Assembly: GCA_030264375.1 (NCBI GenBank)
Contig: JASCQW010000061.1
Span: 121,994,143-122,055,282, forward strand
DNA length: 61,140 nucleotides
Source of the DNA: Carcharhinus longimanus
Lineage: Eukaryota
Direction: 5' to 3'
The notes beneath the pieces are model-generated. The model worked only from the letters and a program-made list of their open reading frames with translations. It did not search any database and was not told the DNA's origin. Shown here in pieces: positions 12,252 to 25,190 of the stretch. A program made the position numbers and the translations under genes. Every line of letters begins with the position of its first letter. Within the stretch, counting starts at the first letter, position 1.

Positions 12252-13137
12252 GTTGGTTCTTGCTCAATAATCATATGTCTTCAGTATGAATGGATTAAGT
12301 AATTGAATGAAATCTCATTTTGCTTTGAATTATCACAAGCTAATGTTTGCATGTTTTCTACCTGAAATGACAAAAGGATATTTAATTCTAAATCATTNNN
12401 NNNNNNNATTTACAAAGGCTTTGAGATTTTACTTGCGCATGTATGGGGGGAGAAAGACGAGTTGAGACATTTAAAATGAAGCAGGCGACCTGCCTTGATC
12501 TGGCTCACTCCACTTTTAATTTACAGTTGGGAAAGACATCCATCCTCAACCAGTTGAGTCCTCGTAAATATGTAGGTCAGTCTCCAACAATATCACTGGG
12601 ATCTGAAGGGCTATTTTAACAAGAGGCAGAAATTTCAGACAATGCCAGAAGAGGCACAGCGAGTTATATGTTCAGTTTCCTCACAGACCACTGGGAAATA
12701 GGAGTGATAATCACATCACTGGGCGCGTGCTCCTTCAGGCCCTACAAAGAAACAACGGCATTTTCCTTATCTGGATTCATCCTGATACTTCCACCCCCTC
12801 TGTGCCTTTAACTTGTGCGAGTCCCAAAAGGGAGTCTGAAGCCAGTATCCACCAAGTACCTGTGATCCGATGAAAAGGGTAAAATGCACCAGGATTCCTA
12901 CTTCTGACTGTGAGCCGTGTTGGCGAGGCAGCCAGGTTCAGATGGAAGCCTGTCCTTGCAGATGCCACTGGGGCTGGGGAGCTAAAACGCTCTCTCCCGC
13001 TGAGCCTCAGCATGAAAGCCGATCGCTGGTCCTGCCCCGTTTCCCACTCCACATGTTTTTCCTTGTTCTGCAGCCTTAAAAATTCGGCATCATATTCCTC
13101 TTGTTTGGTATAATACGATGTGTTTGGTTTTTACGAG

Positions 13138-13240
13138 GGGTGCTGGTGAGCTCAGTTGGCTGACAGGTTAAGGTGTGGATGAGATGACTGCTAACAGCAT
13201 GGGATTCGATCACCGTTCTGGCTGAGACAGGCTCAGAGCA
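13138..13240 (+). mobile_element. tRNA-derived SINE head
   Basis: gagctcagttgg (box A) ... ggattcgatcacc (box B); similar to 9994-10200. Confidence 0.55.
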
Positions 13241-14148
13241 TACCTCCTCACACTGCAGATAATGAAAAAGACCTGGCATTTAGATATGAATATGCAAATA
13301 ATCGCCAAGGCCCTATCTTTGGACAGAGAACCAGAGAAGTTTTTAATTAAACATTAGTAGTCTCATTACTTGCTAGTAAATTATACACTTAATTACATTT
13401 ACAATTACAGTCTTGCTGCATGTCGCATAAAATAAATTCTCCCTGCATTTCTGCAGAGAGGAAAAGCACACACAGTATTTTATTATCAGATATTTGGTGA
13501 TAAACAAGGGAAATATCGGAGTTATCAGAGATGCTACAGCAGGGTTGCATCTTGACCTTGTGTCCTCGGTGAAGCAGTTGCCCTTAATGAGGATGCAGGC
13601 TGGAGATTAAGTGATGCTCCAAGTTCCGCACAAGAACTGGAAGTGCCGGATGAGAAAATTACTCTGAGTGAGAATGAGCGTGTAGAATTCCCCTTCATTA
13701 GTGAGTGAGAGATCTTAAAACTTAGGAATCTGAATGCTTATTATCATGTAAAATGTCAAACTGAATACACAGCCTGGCTTCTTGGAATTTAACAAGTTTC
13801 CAGTATTTAACAAATTGTTCAATTGCCTGTTTCTAAGTTTTCTTTAGATATCCTTAGAACCCACTTGATTTATTGCAGATTAAGAATCAGCTAAATTCAA
13901 CCACATAATCAAGGAAATGTTCATAAAAAAAACTGTTCTGTATAAAATTTATTTCTAAGTCAGGATTGCTCCATACATATTGCTAAATGCTATTTCCAAG
14001 TGATTTTACCTTTTCCTTTCTTTGTACTCAAAACCTTTGTTTTTGCTCAAAACACTTTTTTCAATATAACTTAGGCTCTATTTTAGTCAGTAGCTTTTGG
14101 ATCTTTTTGTAAGTGGCCTCCATGAATAATGTACATTTAATTTTACAG

Positions 14149-14229
14149 CCTATCAGTTACGGATCTGTCAACCTCCGCCAGCAATGCTAACTGGGCAGAA
14201 TTTGACTGAGGATGAGGAGTTTGAGATAG
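14149..14229 (+). CDS. CSMD3: CSMD3 coding exon (first part of a split Sushi domain), 81 bp; absent from ORF track
   Basis: Acceptor ttttacag, donor gtaagc. (A)YQLRICQPPPAMLTGQNLTEDEEFEI(G); phase 1-1, keeps the frame between neighbours. Confidence 0.9.
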
Positions 14230-14282
14230 GTAAGCTTTTTACAACTTGATATTCTGTACACCTATGGTTGAGATGTCTCCGT

Positions 14283-14523
14283 GATGTGGAGACGCTGGCG
14301 TTGGACTGGGGTAAGCAGGGTAAGAAGCCTCACAACACCAGGTTAAAGTCCAACAGGTTTATTTGGCAGGACTAACTTTGGGAGTCTCAGGCTCCTTCAT
14401 CAGTTGAGTGAGCTGATCACTCACTGATCACACATTCACTCACCTGATGAAGGAGCCTGAGACTGCAAAAGCTAGTGCTGCCAAGAAACCTGTTGGACTT
14501 GAATCTGGTGTTGTGATATTCTC
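14283..14523. mobile_element. Fold-back Penelope-like element (family A) with two opposed degenerate hammerhead cores
   Basis: tcacaacaccaggttaaagtccaacaggttt / aaacctgttggacttgaatctggtgttgtga and agtctcaggctccttcatcag / ctgatgaaggagcctgagact are reverse complements. Confidence 0.8.
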
Positions 14524-14959
14524 CAGCCTCGCTTGCCCCAAAACTGGAGAACCTTTAGGTGAACCTTTGCATGGTCCGGCCTCCACTCGGTGCGATTCCT
14601 GTGGCAGGCAGAATGGGAAAATTCCCTCCATGCCTTTTTTACTTTGTCCCTATTCTGTAACTTATCTCTGATTCCAATTTAAATCCATTTTAGGGATGAC
14701 AAAATGAGAGTGAATTTGCAACAGTTCCACATCATACTTTTCAAGCACTCCAGTGTGTGGACACTTGGGATGTTCTTCAGAAACTTCTTTCTGCTCCAGA
14801 GCCATTAACGGTGGCTTGATAGATCTATAAAATGGATCATGAGCTTAAATGTGCTTATTGATAGATTTATTCTAGTTTAATAGACTGGGGAGGAGCCAGA
14901 AAACAAGAGCTTAAAATATATAAGAACAGGAGTAGACTGCATATTGGATAGTCCTTTGA

Positions 14960-15328
14960 TTTTTAAATGAATTGACATGATGTGGCACGTCACTGGCAAG
15001 GCCACCATTTACTGCCCATCCCTCAATTACTCTTGAACTCTCATTCATGGGATGTGGGTGTCACTGACTGGACCAGCATCTATTGCTTGTGCATCTGGAG
15101 TGACATGCAAGTCAGATGTAGATTTCCTTTCCTATGTGGCATTAGTGAACCAAATTGTTTTTTTAAACAATAATCAAGTTCATTAGACTTTTAATTCCAG
15201 ATTTTCTTTCCATTGAATTCAATTTTCACCATCTGCGGAGATGGGATTTGAACCCAGGTCCCCAGAGCATCACCCTGAGTCTCTGGATCATTGTTCAGCG
15301 GCAATGCTAGTCAGTCACCTCCTCCCCT
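14960..15328 (-). mobile_element. tRNA-derived SINE, same family as 44790-45146, with duplicated tail
   Basis: gggatttgaacccaggtcccc (box B, reverse); tail segment present twice (~14975-15025 and ~15043-15087). Confidence 0.7.
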
Positions 15329-16845
15329 GATGTAGTTTGTAGAATGAAAGTGCTCCCAAAGTGCACGTGGGTAGGGAGTTCCAGAGAAATGAGGGAGTTC
15401 TTCTTTTTGCCACAGAATCAGAAGCCTCTAAAATAAAGACAATGCATTTTGAATGCCTTCATGAATGAGCTGGAACAGTTCATGGCTGAGATAGATATTT
15501 CTTCATGTAGGAGATAAATGTCTTTATCAATAACACTTGATTCAATGACCTCCTGGACTTGTTTCAGTTGTGTGAGGGGCGGGAGAGGCATTTTGAGGAA
15601 TATATTTTCCCCTTGTAACTTTTTTTTCTCTTTTTTGTACCTTTCCCAAGAGATTGTGTGGCTGTGGAGGGGGGATAATGGTTAGGGATAAAGATGTTTC
15701 AGTATGATGCTGCAGCATTAGTCACAATGTAGGGCATGCTTAATGGACCAGTTGTTCTTCTCCTGTCCATTTGTCCTATGTGTTCACATCTTCATTTTAA
15801 GATATTTCATTTCAAAAAGATTAATGCCGTCACTCAAACAGCAGAAGAATGAAGTTCAAATGAAATCGTTAAGCTTTCGTACACTCGTATTCCACAGATC
15901 AATTCGTGTCTCATTAACAAGCTAAAAGTGAGGACGAACCATTTCAGTGAACTTCTTGTAATTGAGAGTTAACTGCCCTGACATACGATTATCCATGGAG
16001 CTAGAATCTATAAAAATCAGCAAACTGGAAATGAAGAACAACAAAAACATGAAAGGACCAAGTCACTAACCAAATTATTTATGTTGTTATTTCATATTTT
16101 ATGATGTCAATAAATGACCTACCTATCTAAAATGTCTAAAAGAGATATTATTGGTATGAATTGAAATTTTTTTTCGGACTTCTGTCAACTTTGGAGGCAA
16201 TTAAAAAATGTTCTATGGCCTATTGATTTAGTTGAAACCAGCTACTCAGAAAGCCACAACTGATTTTAACATAAACAAAAGCTATTTTTAAAAGGAGTGC
16301 TGAAATGTTTGCCTCAAAGAATATTATTTTTGAAGTGGCTTCCAAGAATCCTATTTTCTAGCAAGCCACCACACTGATTGATGTTAGTTGCCAGAGGTGC
16401 AGTTTCATTGGTAGAGTATGTACATCTTAAAATTGCTACATTCAAATGTTGTATGGAGTTAAGTTCAGGGAAAGTCTGTCCTTTTAAGATATTAGGGATG
16501 ACATTTTTAAAATAAACTTTGAGACTTTCTATGTAGCAAAACCAAGAGGAACAAATTAATCAACTTGTTTATTTGCATTTCAGGCCAGACTGCTGTTAAT
16601 TTATCCAGTTCTTCGCAAACGTTGTGCCCACTTACGTGTTGAGAAGTGGGACACTTCTTTCTGTTTTCAAACAATATCATGAGCCAATTTCTCAGTCCAT
16701 TTCAGAACTGAGGTGGACAGGATTTAGAAATGGCAGCTGGGGCACAATTCAAAGATTCCTGACCCCATTCCCATTGCGTGAGATTTTACAGGCGGGAGAA
16801 ATGAATGCAGGGAATGACCCCACATTCTGCCACATGCAGAAGTTT

Positions 16846-17130
16846 AAGAACATAAGAAATAGGAGCAGGAGTAGGCCATCTCGCCCTTCGAGGCTGCCCC
16901 GCCATTCAATAAGACCATGGCTGATCTGTCGTGGCTCAGTTCCACATTCCCNNNNNNNNNNNNNNNNNNNNNNNNNNNNNNNNNNNNNNNNNNNNNNNNN
17001 NNNNNNNNNNNNNNNNNNNNNNNNNNNNNNNNNNNNNNNNNNNNNNNNNNNTTTGACAACCAATCCTCTATCCACGCTAACACCCTACCCCCAACTCCAT
17101 GTCCCCTAACCTTCTGCAATAACCTCTTTC
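16846..17130 (-). mobile_element. Young CR1 LINE collapsed across a gap
   Basis: Tail taagaacataagaaataggagcaggagtaggcc on the left; RT peptide QKVRGHGVGGRVLAWIEDWLS on the right. Confidence 0.85.
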
Positions 17131-17529
17131 ATCTTTGTCTACTCCATTGCAGGGTTGGACAGTTTGCACCCTGACTGTTTCCATGGAGTTTGGTCCATTC
17201 TGGTAGTAGACATCGTTCATGGCATATCAGGGGAATAGTGAACAATGGGAGAAGCCCAGTATGGAGTCAGGAACTTGTGACAGCTAAGTTCAAAAGTATT
17301 CTCAACATCACAGGTCAAAATGATGAGTTAAATATGTTTTCAATGAAGTGTTTAATGATAGAGCTTTGTTTAGAAAAGGTAAGGAACCATTAAATTGACC
17401 ACAATTTTTCTAATGAGCAAAGTGCTCTTCTGCATTCAACAGCACTGTGATTCATATTTGAAGTGTCAGTTCTCCTCAGTGAATTTCTCTGTTTGACAGT
17501 GCAGTCATCTGTTAAGCCTTTGGAGATGT

Positions 17530-18270
17530 GGACAATCTATATTAATGACTTAAAAAAGCGACTTGCTGCATTGTAGGCAAATATGCTGGTGATATGAAAG
17601 TAGACAAGAAAACAAGGTTTGAGAAGGATACAAAAGAGCTAAGCCAAGTGAACGAGCAAAAGTTTGTCAGATGGAGTATCCTGTGGGAAAATATGATGTG
17701 TTCACTTTGGTGAGAAGAATAGGAAAACAGGATATTATTTCACTGAAGAGTGGCTCCAGAATGCCTTAGTACAGAGAGATCTGTGAGTGCTTGTACATGA
17801 ATCACAAAAAATCAACATGCAAATACAACAAGTAGCTAGGAAGGCAAATATAATATTGGTCTTTATGACAAGCAGGTTGAAATATAAAGATGGAGGTGTT
17901 TTACTACAAATCAAATGGGCACAGGTGAGAACACACCTATGGCAATGGTGTTGGTNNNNNNNNNNNNNNNNNNNNNNNNNNNNNNNNNNNNNNNNNNNNN
18001 NNNNNNNNNNNNNNNNNNNNNNNNNNNNNNNNNNNNNNNNNNNNNNNNNNNNNNNTACAAATCAAATGGGCACAGGTGAGAACACAACTATGGCAATGGT
18101 GTTGGTGACCTTACGTAAGGAGGGATATACTCACGTTGAAAGCAGTTCTGACAAGATTAATTAGGTTTATCCCAGGGATGAGGGGTTCAGGAGAATGAGA
18201 GGTGTTTTTATTGAAACATTTCAAGTTCTGAAGGGACTTCACAGGGTAGATGAATATCTGTTCCACAGTT
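17530..18270 (+). mobile_element. Decayed CR1 ORF2 (RT C-terminal region)
   Basis: LVHESQKINMQIQQVARKANIIL peptide; degenerate YADD-region remnant near 17580. Confidence 0.8.
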
Positions 18271-19911
18271 TCAGAGGTTTTAATATGTTCAGCCCTAGAG
18301 GTTTGGTTGATCAATTGTGCATTAGAATCGCATAATCAATGTTTGCTGAGTTCCAAACCTCATGAATGGATTCAGAAGTACAGTGTTTTTTGACAAACTG
18401 TCAAAGGGACCGTGAAGTCCATTTGATCGACAGTTTAATTGAAGAGGTTTTTGAATGCTTGTTTTGGCAGTTCATGAACATCTCGAAGATTTTTCAATAT
18501 TATTAAAGGGTTCTTGATTTCTGTCCATAGTGGACACGAACGAGTGAGACTGGGGGCTGTGGCGGTGACACGGAATTTGTAGAGGGGGCTGGTGGTATGG
18601 AGGGTGCACTGGGGATATGAGAGGAGTATGGGAGCAGCCGATGGGTGGACCTAAGTGTTGAAGGCTAGAGTTCCGAACACACGTACAGAATTAGGCCAAT
18701 GTCACAATGAGCGACAGCAAGCATTCTAACATCCTCGCCTTGCTATTCACTTTGTTCTAAAACAATGGTCCCAACTTCAACCTGCTGCCACATAATCAAA
18801 TAGCATGGGCAAACGCTGCCACCAAAACTCTGTACCCATATCCTAACACCCATCTGAGTACTAGATTGCAAATAATAACATGCTGTTGTACTGCATAATA
18901 ACAATAATGATTGCAGCTCAATAAATTGCGACTTCATTAACGTTCGACAAAGTCAATTTTGTGAAGCTCCACACTCCCATTTAAAGACCAGGTTAAGTTT
19001 CTAACCACATTTTAAGACTCTAGTCCATGACGCATCCACATTTCCAGGGTGATCCATAAATTCCGGATACAGAAATATCCTTGAGGCCTTACCTAGACGA
19101 ATGGCTGCCATGAAAGGTGAAGGTCCCTTATTTCATCCTGTTGTTGTGTTTTCTTGTTCCTGTGCATTCTCCTCCTTACATTCATTGTTTTTTGTACTTG
19201 TCTTTCCTCTCCCAGTGTGCTGATGTAAGTAGCACGGGTTCTGAAGGACAGGTTTGAAAGTGGGACCGGGAGGAATCCTGCCTCTGGCTGATCTTTCCTG
19301 ACCTTCTCCATCAGCAGACACTATCTATTTGACAGCAACCAGAAGCTACTCTGTATGATTAAGTGCCCATTTTTGAGCTGTTTGGGGACGATGCAAGAAA
19401 TCTCTGAGCGCCCCCCNNNNNNNNNNTGATGTCTGGGGACAGCTTGCCAGCAGTTGGTCTGAGGGTCTATGTGGACCCCCTACAGTTACCCTTACTACCC
19501 CACCCCCAACTCCCGACCCCCTGGAGTGTCACCCATTCGTGGACCACAGGCACCAATCATCCTGTGGAGGATTTCCATTTGTTTTATTCAATTCAATACC
19601 TCTTCAGAGAGCCACTCAGGATGGAGGTATCATTGCATTTGCTCTCCACCAATGGCAGTGTCTGCCTCTATTGCTGGGAAGGTTGTCCTTTCAAAATTGC
19701 AGGCCCTCTGATTGGACGGTGGACCCTGAGGCAGCCTCTGAATTGGCTATCTCTTCGAAGATCGCCCAGGTGGGGGCCAAAGTGGGGCCGGAACCTCCAT
19801 ATGAGCCCGTGNNNNNNNNNNNNNNNNNNNNNNNNNNNNNNNNNNNNNNNNNNNNNNNNNNNNNNNNNNNNNNNNNNNNNNNNNNNNNNNNNNNNNNNNN
19901 NNNNNNNNNNN

Positions 19912-20000
19912 TACAGTGGAGCGCAGTCTACCGAAAGCAGAACTTGCCTTTGCTATTCTGCAGTTAACTTCCGTATCAATATGAGCCCAAGTCAGCACTC
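19912..20000 (-). mobile_element. RTE-clade LINE fragment abutting a gap
   Basis: AHIDTEVNCRIAKASSAFGRLRSTV, the post-RT motif characteristic of RTE/BovB-type LINEs. Confidence 0.8.
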
Positions 20001-20893
20001 GAGCACAAGATTCTGTACATTGTCATGTTATCTCTTTTTTGGCTGTTTCGGGCTTTGGTACGGCACTTGGTCAGCAATGGTCAGGTGATAATGGGAATCC
20101 TGTAATTATTCAAGCAAGTTCTTGCAGAAGCAAAATGTTAATGCATCAGTCTGTAATGTATTGATGTTTCAGGGGACAATAAACAAATGATTGCAACACC
20201 ATCATTTGTCATGTGGGAAGGGGCATCAGTAGGTTCGAAGATGCAATTTTCAGCATGTACCAGGACTCCTCTGAACACAAGAGTCTCACCTGGTCTGCAT
20301 CTGAATAGCACTGTTATGTTAACCCACTGACCTTCATCAAGACTAAGGTCAATTAATATCCATGTGGTATAACCACAGAAACATAATAAATGTGTATCAG
20401 CAGCTGTTATCCAGGATGCAGCAATGCTGTCTTCATTAGATGTCAGATTCCGGTACCCACATTATTTGGAGATGGTACAACATTGGGCAGATGCTTCTTT
20501 GGCCCCTACCCCCACAGCATCACCGATCCCATTGTGCAAGTTCTCCACAGCGGAAGAGCATCTCAGCAGCTGTTCACTGTTCATTGGCTGCTGCCTTGAA
20601 TTCTAGAGTGTTTCATGCAGTTTGGCCGCAAGGAAAGCAGGTGTGCTCCAGTTGGTATCTTGCAGAGGGTATGGCGATTCCTCTCTTCGTTTGCTGCCAT
20701 GAAATATGTGCAGATGTGAAAAACACATTCATTCTCACCACGCTTCAGATGCTGGCACACTTACTCCACATCCAAAGCCAGGTGAGAGGAAAGTGGGAAA
20801 CATCTCCACATGGCCTTATTTTCAATGCCAGCTCGTTTCTCGGATTATTTTTGTGTGGTATCCTGAAATTGGGATGTAGTTTCCTTTTGGTGT

Positions 20894-21225
20894 CATAAGA
20901 ACATAAGAAATAGGAGCCCCCCCCTTTATCTTGAGGCTGTGCCCTCTAGTCCTACTGTTCTTTCTGAGCGGGAAGAGCCTCTCCACCTCTATCCTATCCA
21001 TCCCATTCATCATCTTATATGTCTCAATGAGATCTCNNNNNNNNNNNNNNNNNNNNNNNNNNNNNNNNNNNNNNNNNNNNNNNNNNNNNNNNNNNNNNNN
21101 NNNNNNNNNNNNNNNNNNNNNNNNNNNNNNNNNNNNAGCCTAGTAAACCTCCTCTGCACTCCCTCCAAGGCCAAAATATCCTTGCGTAAGTGCGGCAACC
21201 AAAACTGCACACACTACTCCAATGT
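20894..21225 (-). mobile_element. Young CR1 fragment across a gap, internally deleted near the 3' end
   Basis: QFWLPHLRKDILALEGVQRRFTR and RLFPLRKNSRTRGHSLKIKGG joined directly to the (TTCTTATG)n tail. Confidence 0.85.
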
Positions 21226-21594
21226 GTTAATACATATTTACTCTGCAGCATCAAAATATCCTTTTTAAAGCATTTCATTATTGATCTTACAATCTATTTG
21301 TCACTTTTTTCCTTCTATTTCAACTCTAGTTTTTGAAACATAGCTGTTGAAATTCAATTTAACACCCTACTATCTTTGTCTCTTGCATTGGATAGAATGT
21401 TCTCCAAATTTCTCAGAATGTCAGGCTCTGATGCAAAAATGGTGTGTGTCTCTCCAGATGCACAGCTGATTTTTCAGCCCAGATTTTCTGGCACCCTGAC
21501 AAAATAAAATACAGGGGGCAGAGTTCATGTCATCAGTCTGGTGGGGCAGGGCCTGATAAAGCCGCAAAGCCGGCTGTATAGACGTCGGGGCGCA

Positions 21595-21903
21595 ATCATA
21601 TAATCAGTACAGAAGGAAGCTGTTCAGCCCATCGAGCCTGCGGTGACAACAATCCAATCCCCATAACCCCACATATTTATCCTGTTAGTTCCCCTGATGC
21701 TAAGCCACAATTTTGCATGGCCAATCCACCTAACCTGCACAACTTTGGACTGTGGGAGGAAACTGGAGCACCCAGAGAAAACCCACACAGATATGGGGAA
21801 AATGTGCAAGCTCCACACAGACAATGACCCAAGCTGGGAATTGAACCCAGGTCCCTGGAACTGTGAGGCAACACTGCTTACCACTGCGCCACCTTGCCAC
21901 CCC
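21595..21903 (-). mobile_element. HE1/V-SINE, near full length
   Basis: tRNA head (box B ggttcaattcc in reverse), V-domain, CR1-like tail. Confidence 0.88.
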
Positions 21904-22481
21904 AACTAGGGCAGATTGTAAATGGTCTGTGGTAGAATAAGGGCCAAAGGATTAAAGCACCGTTCCCTGCTTCATGCTGGAACAACAGAGATACAGTGCA
22001 AGCCTATTACTTTATTCTCAACAAGGTTAACAAATACAATCAACTCGACTAAAGTAAATAGGGAACTTGGAATGTATTCAGAATCTGCTTTCGTCATAAA
22101 TAGCACCTGTGGATTCTGCATCTGAGAATTTACTGGTCTGACCATCACTATTGGGTAGATTTTCAGCTCAGAATAATGCAGAGCATGAAAGTCAGGCAGC
22201 TTCTATCTTGAATGAGTGATCATTTCTGACAAATTATTGGCCACAGGTGAAAATGAAACATTGAATCTGAGTTCCTTTATAAAGTGAATATTCTCCACAT
22301 AATCTCTGCCTTTGGTATTTTTTTTTTTGAAGGTTGATCTTGTCAGAACATTTTGGTCTATTTCAGATTCCCATTTCCGTTGATCTTTAAGCAAGAAAAA
22401 CTTGCATAAATATAATGCCTTTAACATTGTCAAAAATAACCAGCGATGTTTCCCGGGAGCGGGTTAAGACACAGTTTGATT

Positions 22482-23095
22482 GGGGTGAATTTTATGGAGT
22501 TGACAGGGGTCGTGGCCACTTGTTGGAGACATGGCGAGAAACCGGTGCTGATTCTGGGTGGGAAGGCCCACTGATGTCTATCAGACAGATGAAGGGTCGC
22601 CAACGAGCTTTCCACTGGATCAGGACCCTGGGACGTGCAGCTCTTGTACACAACTGGCACCACCAGTGACTACTTCAGGGAAAACACCCACCTGAAGCCT
22701 GGACCTTCACTGGATCCCCGCATTCAGGTGAATGATGACGAGAGGCATTTCACGGGGTGGGGTTTATGGGTGAATGAGTCAGCAGCAATGGCGGGCGGTG
22801 GTTTTTAATGCTTGCCCTCCTCTTGGACATGGGCTCGTGATCAGGCCCTGAGTCCCTTTGTACAAGGAACACCCCCACCTCCAATGTGGTGACAGGAGTG
22901 CCTGCTGTTGGTTTAATCCCAGCAGTGCCAGGATGGGGGCCTAACTTGATTAGGAATAGGAAGGCCATCTACAGATCTTCTGCCTTGGACTTCAACAGAA
23001 TCGAAGTGGGAAGCTATCTGGGTCCCACATGTCATCATCCCACTCGATTAAGGGTCTTCCAAACAGACCATGGGAGGGAGCATAAAATACCAGCC
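22482..23095. mobile_element. GC-rich non-autonomous DNA transposon-like element
   Basis: Imperfect terminal inverted repeats ggggtgaattttatg / cataaaataccagcc bounding a GC-rich island. Confidence 0.5.
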
Positions 23096-24914
23096 AGCGA
23101 GTCAGATAGTACAGTATAGTACGCAAGAAACCTTTCACTGTATACAAATACATGTGACTTAATCAATCAAATCAATCTCGGGAGCTGTTCGGACAGGTGA
23201 ATTTTTAAGGAGCATCTTGAAGAAAAGACGAGATTTAAATCATTTGATAATAAAACTGGGGAAGAGGTTTAAATCATATAAAAATAAAAAGTGAATTTTA
23301 TAAATTTGAAATAGAACAAAGAGTGCTAAAATATATGATAGTTAACATCTCAAAGAAAAAAAGCTCCATTATGTTGAAAGTGATTTATCATTAAATCAGC
23401 ATAGTCCAACTAAAGTAATGCACTTCAGTGACTGAGAAGACAATTTGAGCAAGGACAGTAACCTGTCCGAGCTAGCAGCACACGTATGTTATTTTTCAAA
23501 AGAGATTTAATAAACTATTAACACATTCTTATAATGCTGGAACGTGCTGACTTTGTCAGACATCTGAAAAGGAATTGGAAAAGATTCGACGTGGGTCCAA
23601 AATAGATGGGAAAAGCAAAGGAAGGTGAAGGATTCATTTTGGGAGAATCCAACAGACAAGGTTGTTAGAAGTCATCGAAGTCAGTCTTCAGAGACCTTTG
23701 TTGTGTTTACCAGAAAAATAAGATCCTGTTCTTGATATTTGAATTGAGATTGATTGGACCAAAAATAGGAAAGTGAGAGCCAATTTGTGCTGGTGAAAAA
23801 TTAGACAAGTCTGAATGCTTATTTATTTGGAGAAACATTTTCAAAATATTTGTTGAAATATCGACAATTTGGCAGACGAAATGTCATTTTTTCACAGAAC
23901 AGGGCAAGGAAGGAGAGGAGAAGGGAACGAGGCAGCTTCATTACTGGCTGGTGAAGAGAATCACATTTTATAGATTACACAGAGACAAGTGGTAACCAGT
24001 TCGCCCACCTCTCAAAATGCAGTAACTGTTATTTGTTTTAGCTGATAGAACCAACAACAGCAGCTGAAATGTTTTAGTCAAGTTCAATTTACTCCTGGTA
24101 AATCCTGTCAGATTTCAAGTCTGCATGTATTCCGCTGGGGACAGTTTCGGAGTCTCTGGTACACGAACGTTTTGAAAATAAGTGCGCTTTGCGTGTGAAG
24201 CAAATTAGAGATCGCACATTGTAAGTATTGAGTACTTTGAAAGAAAAACCAAATTACTTTTCCTACACTTTCCTTGAAGAAGTACCATAAAATTTTACAA
24301 AGGATAACGGGAACGAAATTACAATTCATAAATGATGTTGTGTTCTTGCTAAATCCCAAACTTCTAGAAAATCTACTTCACAATTCCCAGACTGGTTTTG
24401 ACTGAGTGGATGAAGAAATGGAATTGTGATTGTGCGTGTATGAGGTCTCGATCCTCAACGGTCACAGATACAAATTTGAACAATATGAAATGGACTTGGA
24501 ATGACAACCTTTGAAAACAGGCCTTATTTTTTCCAGTTGTGCTTTTAGAAAAGTAAATCCCCTATTGGGACGGAGGATACAAGTGAAACGCTTTGGTCAA
24601 TCTTTTGCTGCAGTCTAGTTTAGCTTTAACGTATGAGGGTTTTCTGTCTTCAAAATATGATCATCGCTACAAATCTCAGACGGAAGTAATTCGTAGAGAA
24701 GCGTTTCAGGATGATTTTGTCTTGTTCAGTTGAATTCTGCCACAATAACTTGAAATTCCCTCATACCAATTGAAATTGCTTAAAATTGGATTTCGGTGCC
24801 TGTAGTGGGGCTAAGTGCCTCGAACTGAACCCTATCTGATTCAAGTAAATCTAGATGCGGGTCATTGGATAAAATTGGTTTTATGGAGAATTTGAAATTG
24901 CATGTGCGATTTAA

Positions 24915-25190
<276 letters not shown>

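Noticed and set aside
17905-18106. 51-bp direct repeat with one mismatch on both sides of the gap 17956-18055
   Set aside because: Classic unmerged contig overlap between haplotypes; most likely an assembly artefact, not a duplication.
19429-20088. 219-aa ORF and overlapping ORFs
   Set aside because: Runs through Ns and joins a GC-rich repeat to an antisense RTE fragment.
20400-20820. Possible second Harbinger transposase remnant on the - strand
   Set aside because: Only a weak HCCI-like match; too decayed to support by eye.
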